Assembly (NCBI GenBank): GCA_963847625.1
Contig: CAWKAR010000028.1
Span: 96,001-160,000 of the forward strand
DNA length: 64,000 nucleotides
From: a candidate division FCPU426 bacterium
Lineage (GTDB): Bacteria > Oederibacteriota > Muellerivitia > Muellerivitales > Muellerivitaceae
Direction of reading: 5' to 3'
In this document: positions 20,055-29,600 of the stretch, in pieces
Layout: the number at the start of each line of letters is the position of its first letter
Numbering within the stretch: position 1 is the first letter of the stretch
Program-made: the position numbers and the translations under genes
The notes under the pieces: generated by a model
Told to the model about the DNA's origin: nothing
What the model saw: only the letters and a program-made list of their open reading frames with translations
The model's database searches: none

Positions 20055-21107
20055 CCGAGTTCCATAAGTAAGTGCAACACTTAGTGTCTGAAGAAGGCCG
20101 CATGAATAGGATATGCGGCTATGAAAAAGAAATACAAGCATTTAAGCGTTGAAGAAAGAGATCATTTATCCGTCTTGAAAGGAAAGGGTCTTAGCCTTCG
20201 AGCCATTTCCCGCGCCTTGAAGAGGTCTCCTTCCACCCTCTCCAGGGAACTCAAGCGCAATGCTCCCCCTATCCGTTCTGGTTATTATCTTTCTCATCGA
20301 GCCCATCAACGGTATGTTGACCGCAACCAACAACGAGCACGCCGTTTACGCCTGAAAACAAAACGAATTCGTGCCTACGTCCGTCGTCAATTGAAACGAG
20401 GCTGGTCACCAGAACTCATTTCAGGTCGATTAGGTCACCTACGGCCTAAGCAAACCATTGGTCCTGAAGCTATCTATCAGTGGGTTTACGCTGAAGCCAC
20501 TGAGCTGATTCCTTGCCTAGTTCGACACCACCGGCGACGATTCTCATTTGGCCACAGCCGTAAGCACGCCAAAAACCATATCCCAGGCCGTGTTTCCATC
20601 GATAAGCGCTCCGAGATCGCCAATCAACGCAAGCAATTCGGCCATTGGGAAACCGACACCATGGTCTCTCGTCAGAGTAAAGTGGCTATGCGGGCTCTCG
20701 TCGAGCGTCAAAGCCGTTTTTCCAAGTTGGGAAAGCTCAAACGAAAGACCGCTCGCCAAATGAGTCATAGCCTCAACCGCGCTTTATGCCGCTTCCCTCA
20801 AGACGCCCGCTTGAGTCTGACCTATGACAACGGAACCGAAAACACCAACCACTTGGAAACCAACCACGTGCTTGGTACAAAATCCTTTTTCTGCGCCCCT
20901 TTCCACAGTTGGGAAAAAGGTACTGTGGAAAATACTATCGGTCTTGTCCGCCGCCATTTGCCTAAAAAGACTGATCTTGCTAAAGTGTCCTTCAAAAAAT
21001 TCAGGGCCATAGAAAGATGGCTCAATAACAGACCCAGGAAATGTTTGGGCTTTAAAACTCCGGCGGAAGTCTTCCGGCGAAGTGTTGCACTTACTCCGTG
21101 AATTCGG
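20055..21107 (+). mobile_element. IS30-family element (copy type 2, diverged from type 1)
   Basis: IRs CCGAGTTCCATAAGTAAGTGCAACAC and rc CCGAATTCACGGAGTAAGTGCAACAC. Confidence 0.88.
20121..21101 (+). CDS. IS30-family transposase
   Basis: YKHLSVEER, STLSRELKRN, GHWETDT, TYDNGTEN, SWEKGTVEN and LNNRPRKCL. Confidence 0.95.
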   Translation: MKKKYKHLSVEERDHLSVLKGKGLSLRAISRALKRSPSTLSRELKRNAPPIRSGYYLSHRAHQRYVDRNQQRARRLRLKTKRIRAYVRRQLKRGWSPELISGRLGHLRPKQTIGPEAIYQWVYAEATELIPCLVRHHRRRFSFGHSRKHAKNHIPGRVSIDKRSEIANQRKQFGHWETDTMVSRQSKVAMRALVERQSRFSKLGKLKRKTARQMSHSLNRALCRFPQDARLSLTYDNGTENTNHLETNHVLGTKSFFCAPFHSWEKGTVENTIGLVRRHLPKKTDLAKVSFKKFRAIERWLNNRPRKCLGFKTPAEVFRRSVALTP

Positions 21108-21219
21108 CTTTTAATAAATAAGGTGTCTCATTCATCACTTTGTTAATTTTTCCGAGAACTTCTTATCGGATGCCAATCTTTTTTTCAGGGCAATTAAAAA
21201 TAAGAAATCGGTCCAGAAT

Positions 21220-21469
21220 TTAATCGGCCCAATAGGTAACAGGTTTATCCAAAAACTCCTTCAAACCAATTCCCTGCCCGCCCACGCTTAAGCAGTGTTT
21301 GGGTTTAAAGGCTTTTGAAAAGGCTTGTAACCCGGGCAAAACGGTTTCCCCCAAGAGCCGCCTTTCACCTCGATCGCGGTCAATTCCTTCCCTTTTTTCA
21401 ATAAAAAATCCACCTCCTGGTTTCGCTCCCGCCAATAATAAACTTCCATAGCCGTCCCCAGGCATCCAT
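21220..21469 (-). pseudogene. 3' fragment of an AAA-ATPase/DUF4143-type gene, frameshifted (copy 1)
   Basis: EVYYWRERNQEVDF...AIEVK PD-(D/E)xK-like tail; 2-bp insertion relative to copy 2 (CCAAGAGCCG vs CCAAGCCG); no ATPase domain upstream. Confidence 0.75.
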
Positions 21470-21784
21470 GGGGCGGGGTCAGTCCTGAAAATAGAAAATT
21501 CGGGACCATCTCCCATGCACAAAACCAACTCACATTATGCACCAATAGCACAAGTCCGGGTTGTTTTAAGGAACCACCAATTCCAACTTCTTCCTTGGAG
21601 TTTGCGGTGATCCGTTCTTGTCCTACAGCGTCCTTCCCTTCACCATGTTCCAGGCCGCTAGAATGGCCGAGAGGAAAAACCCGATTTTTTAAAAAAAGGT
21701 ATAATGGCCTTACTTTTTCACCCGCCCGGAGAATTCAAAAGGGCGGCTTTAAAAAAATGATTACTATTAGGGGAGGAATATAAT

Positions 21785-21869
21785 GCGCCGATTCTCTATT
21801 AACCAAATATCTAAAAAGGAAATCGGTGCCATACCGATCACTTTAAAAGCTTCATGGAAGATAGGCATG
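21785..21869 (+). repeat. Tandem hairpin element, copy A
   Basis: GCGCCGATT...AATCGGTGC followed by ATACCGATCACTTTAAAAGCTTCATGGAAGATAGGCAT; homologous to 41648-41760 and to rc 46608-46683. Confidence 0.65.
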
Positions 21870-22835
21870 CGCCATTCGTTATTAACCCTGGGTTCCGGCT
21901 TCATCCTCCTGGTTTTACTGTTGGTATTCCCCCTGGCGTGCAGTAATAAATCCACTGTCGCCATCATTCGTTTCACGCCCCAAACACCAACGCCGACGGC
22001 CACCACCACCCCCACGGTCACCACCACCCCCGCGGTGACCATGCCCTCTTATGTCAACCAATGGTCCTTTGGCAGTGGATTCCCGATGGATATGGCCGTC
22101 AACGGGTCAACGCTTTATTTAGCCGCTTGTAGTTATGATTTCGAATTGTTCAACCTGGGCAACCTGTCCACGCCCGTCAACACCTGGAGCGGATACGGAT
22201 CCACGGTCTTTGCTTGGGTCCAGGGGGTCGCGGTGAATCCGTTAAACGGCAATGTTTATGTTTTGGATTACGGAGCCGATACGGTTTATCAATTTACCTC
22301 CGCGGGGGCGGCGGTGAACGCCTCGACCTACCCGTTTAATAACCCCTATGATATCGCGACGGATTCCAGCGGTAATTACTATGTCCCTGATATGGCCAAC
22401 GCCGCGGTATATGAATTTAACCCGAGTAACACGCTTCTCAAAACCTGGACTACCGCGGGGCCCAACGCGTTTGTATGGCCCTCGGCGGTGGCTTTTGATT
22501 CTTTGAACAACATTTACATCGCCGATGCCAGCGCCGAAAAACTTTATGAGCTGCAGGCAGGGACGAACACCTTGTTGAACACCTGGTCGTTACCTAATTA
22601 CGCCTTGTTTTATCAAATGGCGATCAACGGCAGTGGCCTCGTCTATGCCCCGGATTTCAATAACCAAATTGTGGAGGAATTTATCCCGGGGACCTCGGGC
22701 CCTGTCACCACCTGGAACGGTTCGCAGGGCGGAGGCACGGCGTTCACGGGGCCTGTGGGCATTGTCATCCTCCCGAACGGAAACATCCTGGTGTCTGATT
22801 ACTATTCCGACCTCCTGGAGGAATACTCCCCCTGA
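21867..22835 (+). CDS. Putative lipoprotein: short Thr/Pro linker + NHL-repeat beta-propeller
   Basis: Lipobox PLAC; repeats P-x-DIATDSSGNYYV and P-x-AVAFD-x-x-NNIYIAD. Alternative start at 21783. Confidence 0.8.
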   Translation: MRHSLLTLGSGFILLVLLLVFPLACSNKSTVAIIRFTPQTPTPTATTTPTVTTTPAVTMPSYVNQWSFGSGFPMDMAVNGSTLYLAACSYDFELFNLGNLSTPVNTWSGYGSTVFAWVQGVAVNPLNGNVYVLDYGADTVYQFTSAGAAVNASTYPFNNPYDIATDSSGNYYVPDMANAAVYEFNPSNTLLKTWTTAGPNAFVWPSAVAFDSLNNIYIADASAEKLYELQAGTNTLLNTWSLPNYALFYQMAINGSGLVYAPDFNNQIVEEFIPGTSGPVTTWNGSQGGGTAFTGPVGIVILPNGNILVSDYYSDLLEEYSP

Positions 22836-22977
22836 CCCAGGCCGCTTGGTTTCCCGTGGTTGAGCCCGATTCCCCAAAAAACGTTCCTCGGAGGTAAAAT
22901 GTCCCCACCATGGTTTTTATGGGTTTACATCAAGGGGCTGTTTTTAAAATAAAATTTAGTCTCAGTGGTGGTTGTTC

Positions 22978-24285
22978 ATGAAATTCAGGATTTTAGGGAT
23001 TCTTTTTCTTGCCACCACCGTTTCAACGGCGATCACTAGTTGCTCCAACACCAACAACCCCGCCTGTCCCATCGCGCAGGCACCGACCCAAACCGCCGCT
23101 ACCACCCTGATGCCAACGGCCACGCCCACCAATACCATGTCCCCCACCATCACCCATTCCCCTACTGTGACCAATTCCCCCACCGTGACGATGACCCCGA
23201 CCTCCACCCCCACGGACACCTCCTCGCCCACCCCCTCGATTACCCTGACGCCCACGGACAGCCCCACCGTTACAAACTCTCCCACCTTCACCAATTCCCC
23301 TACCATTACCAACACCCCCACGGAAACCCTGACGCCCACCGACAGCCCCACCGCTACAAACTCTCCTACCATCACCAATACTCCTACGGTGACCATGACC
23401 CCGACCCAAACATCAACCCCGACGGCCACAAGCGCCACCACGGAAACTTCGACCCAAACATCAACACCAACATCCACCGCCACCTTTATTCCCACACCCT
23501 CTTACGTCAATCAATGGGCCTTTACCGATTTATATCCGAGCGCGATGGCCCTTAACGGTTCAACGCTTTATGTTCCCGATGGATCTGGTGTCGACTTGTT
23601 CAACCTGAGCGATCTCTCCACAGTCACCGCCCCCTGGACCGGGTATGGGACAACAACCTTCGTCAATACCTACACGGCGGCTGTGAACCCGGTGAACGGC
23701 AACGTTTATATTTTGGATTTTGGCGCCGGTATTGTCTATCAGTTCACTTCCGCCGGGGCAACGGTGAACGCCTCCACCTATGCGTTCAGTAACCCCGAGG
23801 ACATCGCGACGGATTCCAGCGGCAATTACTATGTCGCGGATATAAATAATAACGAGGTGGAGGAATTTGACTCGAATAACACATTGCTAAACACTTGGAC
23901 TTCCGCGGGGAGTAACCCCCTTTATCTCCCGATGGCGGTGGCTTTGGACACCTCAAACAACCTTTACATCGCCGATTACGACAACGGGAACGTTTATGAA
24001 TTACAGGCGGGAACGAACACCTTGTTAAATACCTGGACGTTGCCCAGCGGCGCCATTGTTTTCCAAATGGCGGTCAACGGCAGTGGCTTGGTTTACGCCG
24101 CGGATTATCAAAACATGCTTGTGGAGGAACTCAGCCCCGGAATGACAGCCCCGGCCGTCACCTGGAACGGCTCCCAAGGCGGAGGCACGGCGTTTTCGGA
24201 ACCTGACGGGATTATCATCCTTCCGGGCGGGAATATCCTGGTGGCCGATTACCTCCTTAGCATCCTGGAGGAATATTCCCCCTGA
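22978..24285 (+). CDS. Putative lipoprotein: long Thr/Pro linker + NHL-repeat beta-propeller (paralog of the preceding gene)
   Basis: Lipobox ITSC, ~135-aa TPT linker, and a propeller clearly homologous to 21867-22835 (PSYVNQW...WNGSQGGGTAF...LEEYSP). Confidence 0.82.
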   Translation: MKFRILGILFLATTVSTAITSCSNTNNPACPIAQAPTQTAATTLMPTATPTNTMSPTITHSPTVTNSPTVTMTPTSTPTDTSSPTPSITLTPTDSPTVTNSPTFTNSPTITNTPTETLTPTDSPTATNSPTITNTPTVTMTPTQTSTPTATSATTETSTQTSTPTSTATFIPTPSYVNQWAFTDLYPSAMALNGSTLYVPDGSGVDLFNLSDLSTVTAPWTGYGTTTFVNTYTAAVNPVNGNVYILDFGAGIVYQFTSAGATVNASTYAFSNPEDIATDSSGNYYVADINNNEVEEFDSNNTLLNTWTSAGSNPLYLPMAVALDTSNNLYIADYDNGNVYELQAGTNTLLNTWTLPSGAIVFQMAVNGSGLVYAADYQNMLVEELSPGMTAPAVTWNGSQGGGTAFSEPDGIIILPGGNILVADYLLSILEEYSP

Positions 24286-24323
24286 CCCAAATCGCAAGGA
24301 TTTAGGCGGAATCGGCCCAGAAT

Positions 24324-24590
24324 TTAATCGGCCCAATAGGAAACAGGTTTATCCAAAAATTCCTCCAAACCGATTCCCTGCCCTCCCACGCTTAAGCAGT
24401 GTTTGGGTTTAAAGGCTTTTGAAAAGGCCTGTAAACCGGGCAGGACGGTTTTTCCCAAGCCGCCTTTCACCTCGATCGCAGTCAATTCCTTCCCTTTTTT
24501 CAATATGAAGTCCACCTCCTGGTTTCTCTCCCGCCAATAATAAACTTCCATGGCCGTCCCCAGGCATCCATTGACCAAGTGGGCCCCCAA
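24324..24590 (-). pseudogene. 3' fragment of an AAA-ATPase/DUF4143-type gene (copy 2)
   Basis: GAHLVNG...EVYYWRERNQEVDF...AIEVK...VGGQGIGLEEFL; 24310-24571 aligns with 21206-21469. Confidence 0.75.
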
Positions 24591-24605
24591 GGGAGCCTTT
24601 ACAAT

Positions 24606-24636
24606 TTACTCAATGTGTTGAGTAATATTACTCAAC
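24606..24636. promoter_or_regulatory. Palindromic operator-like site
   Basis: Perfect 20-bp palindrome GTTGAGTAATATTACTCAAC (24617-24636), plus a third half-site TTACTCAA at 24606-24613. Confidence 0.5.
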
Positions 24637-24699
24637 GTTTCGAGGGATTGTTAAGGTAAGGAATGTCTTTGGGATAATTTCCCTCGAATAGGGGATGCC

Positions 24700-25440
24700 C
24701 GTGCGGGCAGTGGATCCCAAAATGCGGGCAGGACCCCCGGCACCTGCGGGCAGGGATGTGGGCAGTTAAACCTCCCTTCCGGCAGGTTTACCGCCTTTCC
24801 GGCAGGTTCGCCGAAGTCCTTTCCGGCAGGTTCACCGCCTTTCCGGCAGGTTCCGACGGAAATGTGGGCGGTTTATCCTCCCCTGCTGGCAAATGCCACC
24901 AGGAATGTGGGCAGTTTATCTCCCTTGCCGGCAGATGTTACCGGGAATGTGGGCAGTTTATCCCCCTTTCCGGCAAATGCCACCAGGAATGTGGGCAGTT
25001 TATCCCCCCTGCCGACAAATGCCACCAGGAATGTGGGCAGTTTATCCGCCATGCCCGCAAATGCCACCAGGAATGTGGGCAATTTATCCCCCTTTCCGAC
25101 AGATGCCACCGGAAATGTGGGCAGTTTATCCCCCCCAATACTGGGTTATCTCCTCCAATACTGGGTTACCCAGTTCCGCATACTGGGTTCATGGCTCCGC
25201 GTACTGGGTTCATGGCCGGGACTGGGTTCGTGGCACAGATTTCATTTAAATCTGCGCTGGCAATCATTGCCCTCGGCTTGTAGCCTCGGGCAGCCAGCCT
25301 TGTGCACTGGGTTCCCGGCAAATGCGGGCAGGACAAGCCACTGCGGGTAGGATCCTCGCCTCATGACCATAAGAGGCCCGGCCATGTTCATAGGCCCCCG
25401 GCCTTATGACTAATAGGGGACCCGCCCATGACATTAGGCG
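24700..25440. repeat. Degenerate 21-bp/42-bp tandem repeat region
   Basis: About 6 near-identical 42-bp units AGGAATGTGGGCAGTTTATCCCCCTTTCCGGCAAATGCCACC (24858-25135), flanked by ~21-bp-spaced TGCGGGCAG, TTCCGGCAGG and TACTGGGTT cores; a 4-unit GCC-ATGAC-ATAGG array at 25358-25440. Confidence 0.85.
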
Positions 25441-25459
25441 CGTCTTTCTTCCGTTTTCT

Positions 25460-25525
25460 GGTTGGCTGATAAGTTTACTGATGGTTGTCTGATTGGTTGA
25501 CTTATGGTTGTCTTATAATTAAACT
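25460..25525 (+). promoter_or_regulatory. Sigma70-type promoter overlapped by five 11-bp direct repeats, upstream of fic
   Basis: TTGACT (25497-25502), 17 bp, TAAACT (25520-25525), then 6 nt to the ATG with no SD. Repeats GGTTGNCTKAT-like at 25460, 25472, 25483, 25495 and 25506. Confidence 0.6.
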
Positions 25526-25531
25526 TGATTC

Positions 25532-26548
25532 ATGGCTTACGAACCCCTTTTTACGGTCACCCCACACCTGCTCAAACTCCTGGAGGAAATAGCGTCTTTC
25601 CGGGAGAAAATCCTGGCCGCCACGATCCAGGTCCCCTGGATACCCGTCCTGCAAAGGGACGCCCGTGTGCGCAACAGCCACAGTTCCACCGCCATCGAGG
25701 GTAACCCCCTCACCCTAGCGGAAGTCCGCTTATTGGAGGAAGGAAAGGAAATTTCTACCTCCACCGAACGCGCTTCGAGGGAAATCCTGAATTATTTCGC
25801 CGGCCTACGATACATCGAAAAACACGCCAGCAAAAAGTCCATTACACACGAGGATCTTTTCGAGCTGCATGCCATCCTGTCCACCGGCGTCATGGACCAG
25901 GGGGAAGCGGGGAAATACAGGACTTTCCAGGTTCGGGTCGGTAACCACCTGCCTCCGTCCGCCGCCCAGGTAAGCGGCCTCATGCGCGAGCTTTTGGACT
26001 GGTGGGACAAGAAAGCCCATGCTTGGCCTCCGGTGATCACCTCCGGGGTCATCCATTACCGCTTCGAAGCCATCCATCCCTTCGGCGACGGCAACGGCCG
26101 GTCCGGAAGGATGTTGGCCCTCTGGGAACTGTACCGCCGGGGCTTCGATACCTACCACATCTTTTCCGTGGACGAGGTTTTCTGGGAAAAGAGGCCCCTG
26201 TACTACCAGAACTTTGATCTTGTCCGAAGGGAAGGGGAAAACCTGACGGGCTGGCTGGAATTCACCGCCGAAGCCGTGCACCTGACCCTGGAGCGGGTAT
26301 GGGAAAGGATCCAGCGTTTAAGGGGGGAAAAGGGGGACGGAAAAATCGTCCTGAGCCCGAAACAGGAAAGGCTTCTCGGTCTGTTGCGGGACCAGCAAAG
26401 TCTGTCACCCCAGGAAATATGGAAAGCCTTGGGCATTACGCGGCAGGGCGCGATCAAACTGATGAATCCCTTGATTCAGGCTGGATTGATCAAGCGAATC
26501 GGCACCAAAAAGACGGGCAAATATATCTTTACTAATTCCGAAGGTTAA
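25532..26548 (+). CDS. fic: Fic-family AMPylase with C-terminal winged HTH
   Basis: Canonical HPFGDGNGRSGR motif, N-terminal STAIEGN inhibitory motif and C-terminal HTH (LSPQEIWKALGITRQGA). Confidence 0.92.
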   Translation: MAYEPLFTVTPHLLKLLEEIASFREKILAATIQVPWIPVLQRDARVRNSHSSTAIEGNPLTLAEVRLLEEGKEISTSTERASREILNYFAGLRYIEKHASKKSITHEDLFELHAILSTGVMDQGEAGKYRTFQVRVGNHLPPSAAQVSGLMRELLDWWDKKAHAWPPVITSGVIHYRFEAIHPFGDGNGRSGRMLALWELYRRGFDTYHIFSVDEVFWEKRPLYYQNFDLVRREGENLTGWLEFTAEAVHLTLERVWERIQRLRGEKGDGKIVLSPKQERLLGLLRDQQSLSPQEIWKALGITRQGAIKLMNPLIQAGLIKRIGTKKTGKYIFTNSEG

Positions 26549-26587
26549 AAGATTTAAAAACTTAAACTAAATTCAAGTTTTGAACTA

Positions 26588-26675
26588 GGGATTCTAGAAC
26601 TAAACCGTTTGGCAAAAGAACGTCAGTGGAGAACGAGGACTTTGAGGATTTTTATTGTTTTGGCGCCCCCCAACC
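26588..26675 (-). pseudogene. Orphan 3' tail of a subtype-II CTD gene plus its downstream flank
   Basis: Reads GGAKTIKILKVLVLH* (stop 26623-26625); the flank AAAAGAACGTCA matches the flank of the 41845 gene. Confidence 0.7.
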
Positions 26676-26691
26676 ACGGACAAAAACCTGG

Positions 26692-29600
26692 TTACTTGAT
26701 GAGGATTATTTTCTTCCACCTGGTTTGATGGGGTTCGGTTAGCGCAAATATATAAACCCCGCTGGCACAGGGGTCGCCATTTTGGTTGGTTCCGTCCCAA
26801 AGATAGGAATGGGTATAGGTGGACTTGAGGTAATGGTCATCCAATGTTTTGACCAGTTCACCGGCCGAGTTGTAAATTTTCAGTGAAAAGGGGCCGGGGG
26901 GGAGGATATTGCCGGCAAATAGTGAAATAGGACCCTGCGCCGGTTGAAACAAGTTCTTGCCGACGTAAAAAACGTCAAAAGCAGGGTTAGGGGTGATGGT
27001 GGCCGTCGGAGTAAAGGTCATCGTGGGGGAGGGCGTCATCGTGTAAATCCTCAGCGACACACAACCCGTCAAGGGGCTGGACCCCGCATGGTTCATCACA
27101 GCGCAATTCACGATAGAAGCCGCCGTCGTGGAACTGTCGATACTCACAACATAGGTCAGCAGGTAGTTCCCTGGAGTCAGGACAGGAAGGGTCCAGGACA
27201 TCGTTGTCACGCCGCCCGCCACGTTCAACGAGGTGACAGTTCCCGCCGGAGAAACCCCGAACATCATGAAACTGCAGTTGGCCGGAAGAAGATCCTGCAC
27301 CACCACCCCTGCCGCGGTGTTGTTCGTCACGCTCAGGGTCAAGGTATAGGTCACTTGGTCCCCCGGCGAGCCTATCACCTCCGACTCCTGCTTTTGGAAT
27401 GCCATCGTCACCGCGAGCGTGGGAGTGCCCGTCGGGGTAATAGTCGGGGTATTGGTGATAGTGGAAGTATTGGTGACCGTCGGTGTAGGCGTTATCGTTG
27501 GAGTTTTAGTGGCCGTCGCGGTGTTGGTCGGAGTGGGGGTGAAAGTGGGGGTGGGGGTGTAGCTGGGGCATGGGATCCCCGGACAGGGACAAAATTTCAA
27601 TACCTCCCCGTCGCTCGGGACGCACAAGTACCAGGCTCCCGCTCCGATGGCGATTCCCTCGGTGTCGGTGGCGTCGAGCATCTTGGTGGAGAACCAAACC
27701 CCGGTGGAAGGGTTCAAGACCCCGATGTCGCCGTACGCGTCGGAAACGTATATATTCCCCGTGGAATCCACCTCCAGGTAATTGGCGGCCCAAAGGTCCG
27801 TGCCCTGCGTGACATCCCACTGGGTGATCGGACCGCCGTTCCAGGTGAATTCCTGGATCAACCCCGTGTAAAAATCCGCGGCATAAACGTTCCCGGACGA
27901 GTCCAAAGCCACGCCCATGGGCTCCTCCAAGGTTCCTCCCCAGCCGAACCCGGCGGAACCCCACTGGGTCTGGGGATTCCCGGCGGAATCGAATACCGCC
28001 ACCCGGCTGTTGTAGCAATCCGTGACGTAAACGCTGGTCCCGGCCGAGTTGACCGCCACACCCTGGGGGAAGTTGAAGGTCACGCCCCCGTAACCCGACC
28101 ATTGGGTGACGAAACTCCCGTTCGCGTTCAATACCTGCAACAGGTTGTTCCCGGAATCCGTGACGTAAACCCTCCCGCTGCCGTCCACCGCGATCCCGGT
28201 GGGCGTGTTGAATGTCCCGTGACCTGTCCCCGCCCCGCCCCAATGCGTGACGGCATGGCCCAGGGTGTCGTAAACATAAACCAAATTATCGTTGGCGTCG
28301 GTGACGTAAAAATTCCCCGCGCCGTCCAGCGCGACGTCCAGGGGCGAATTGACATTATAGGAAACCACGGGGCTGCAAAGAGACGGCGAGGACGGGGTCG
28401 CGGTGGGGATGGGGGCGACCGGCGTCGGAATCGCGGCCTTGAGGTCCACCAGGTCGTTGATCAGATTCTGCCCGGCCGGGCTTCCCCAGCCTGTGGCGAG
28501 GTCATAGCCTTTCACGGCCAGGAAAAACACCGTGTTGCGTCCGTCCCAGTTGTTGTTGCTTCCATCCGCGATGTCGTGGAAGTCGGCGAGGTAATTCGGG
28601 CCCAGGCCCGCGGCGTAAAGGGAGGGATTGGCGAACCCCACCGTCACGCCCGCCGTGGCCGAGGCTTGCTGATTGACGAGAGCCATGAAACCCGCCCATA
28701 ACGGGGCCGCGGCGCTCGTTCCGCCCGTAAAGGAGGACTGGCCGGCGCAATAAATGAAGATGTTGTCGGCGACCATGGAAACATCCGGGATATTCCGCCA
28801 CAGGATCGAACCGCCGTTCAAGCCCATGGGAACGGCGGCCTGGTAATTGGGGATCCCGAGTAGGCCCGCGCAAATCCCCCCCGCGCTCGACCCGAAAGCC
28901 GAGTTCCAGGACGATTCCGTGGAATAGGAAACCGCGGGGGGGGAACCCGACGCTGAAATCCACAATTGGGTACCGCCCGCGCACGTGATATAGGGACTCA
29001 TGGATCCAGGTGGGCTCATAGCCGGCCATACATCCCCTCCCCCGAACGCGCCGTAATCCCCCGATGCCAGGAAAAAAGACTGGCCCTGCGCCGCGAACTG
29101 CGCCAGCAGGTTCACGGTTGTGGAATCCCCGAACCCGCCCCAGGAACAACTGATCTCCGGGCAGAGGGGGGAGCGGCCATCGCGGCCAGGATGTCATTGG
29201 AGTAGGCGTCGAAGGTCCCCGGTGTGTCAGGCGCCTCGTAAACCTTGACCTGGGCCCCCGGCGCCATGGAAATCACCATGTCGATATCCAGGGTCACCTC
29301 GTTTTGATCGCCCTGATCGGTCGGAATCCCGTTAAAACCGTGCAACAGGACGGTCACGGGAACAGGCGCCGAGAAGGAAGGGGTGGAGGTGCTTTCGTAT
29401 AGAAGGACATCGGAAAGGGAAAATCCATTGATTTCGAACAACCCGACCGTTTGCCCCGCGCCGTTGAGGGCCGCCGGCACATCCGAAGCATAGGCATTCC
29501 GGAAGTCCATCCCCTGGTAATTCCCCAAGGGCCCCGTGCCCAGGCTTTTCCCCGGATCGGCGGCCCTTTTCGCGGCGATGTTTGGCGGATAAATGACGAG

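Noticed and set aside
21206..24571. Diversity-generating retroelement TR/VR pair among the duplicated segments
   Set aside because: There is no reverse transcriptase in the window, and the mismatches are not adenine-restricted; many are synonymous.
24858..25135. 42-bp array as a CRISPR or TIGR-like guide array
   Set aside because: The units are near-identical along their whole length with no unique spacers, and there is no cas or Nop-domain gene in the window.
24756..25350. Overlapping ORFs with 14-aa repeats (e.g. KCHQECGQFIP)
   Set aside because: All three + frames and two - frames are open, as expected for a stop-free 42-bp repeat. There is no good SD/start and no frame preference. Coding is not strictly excluded.
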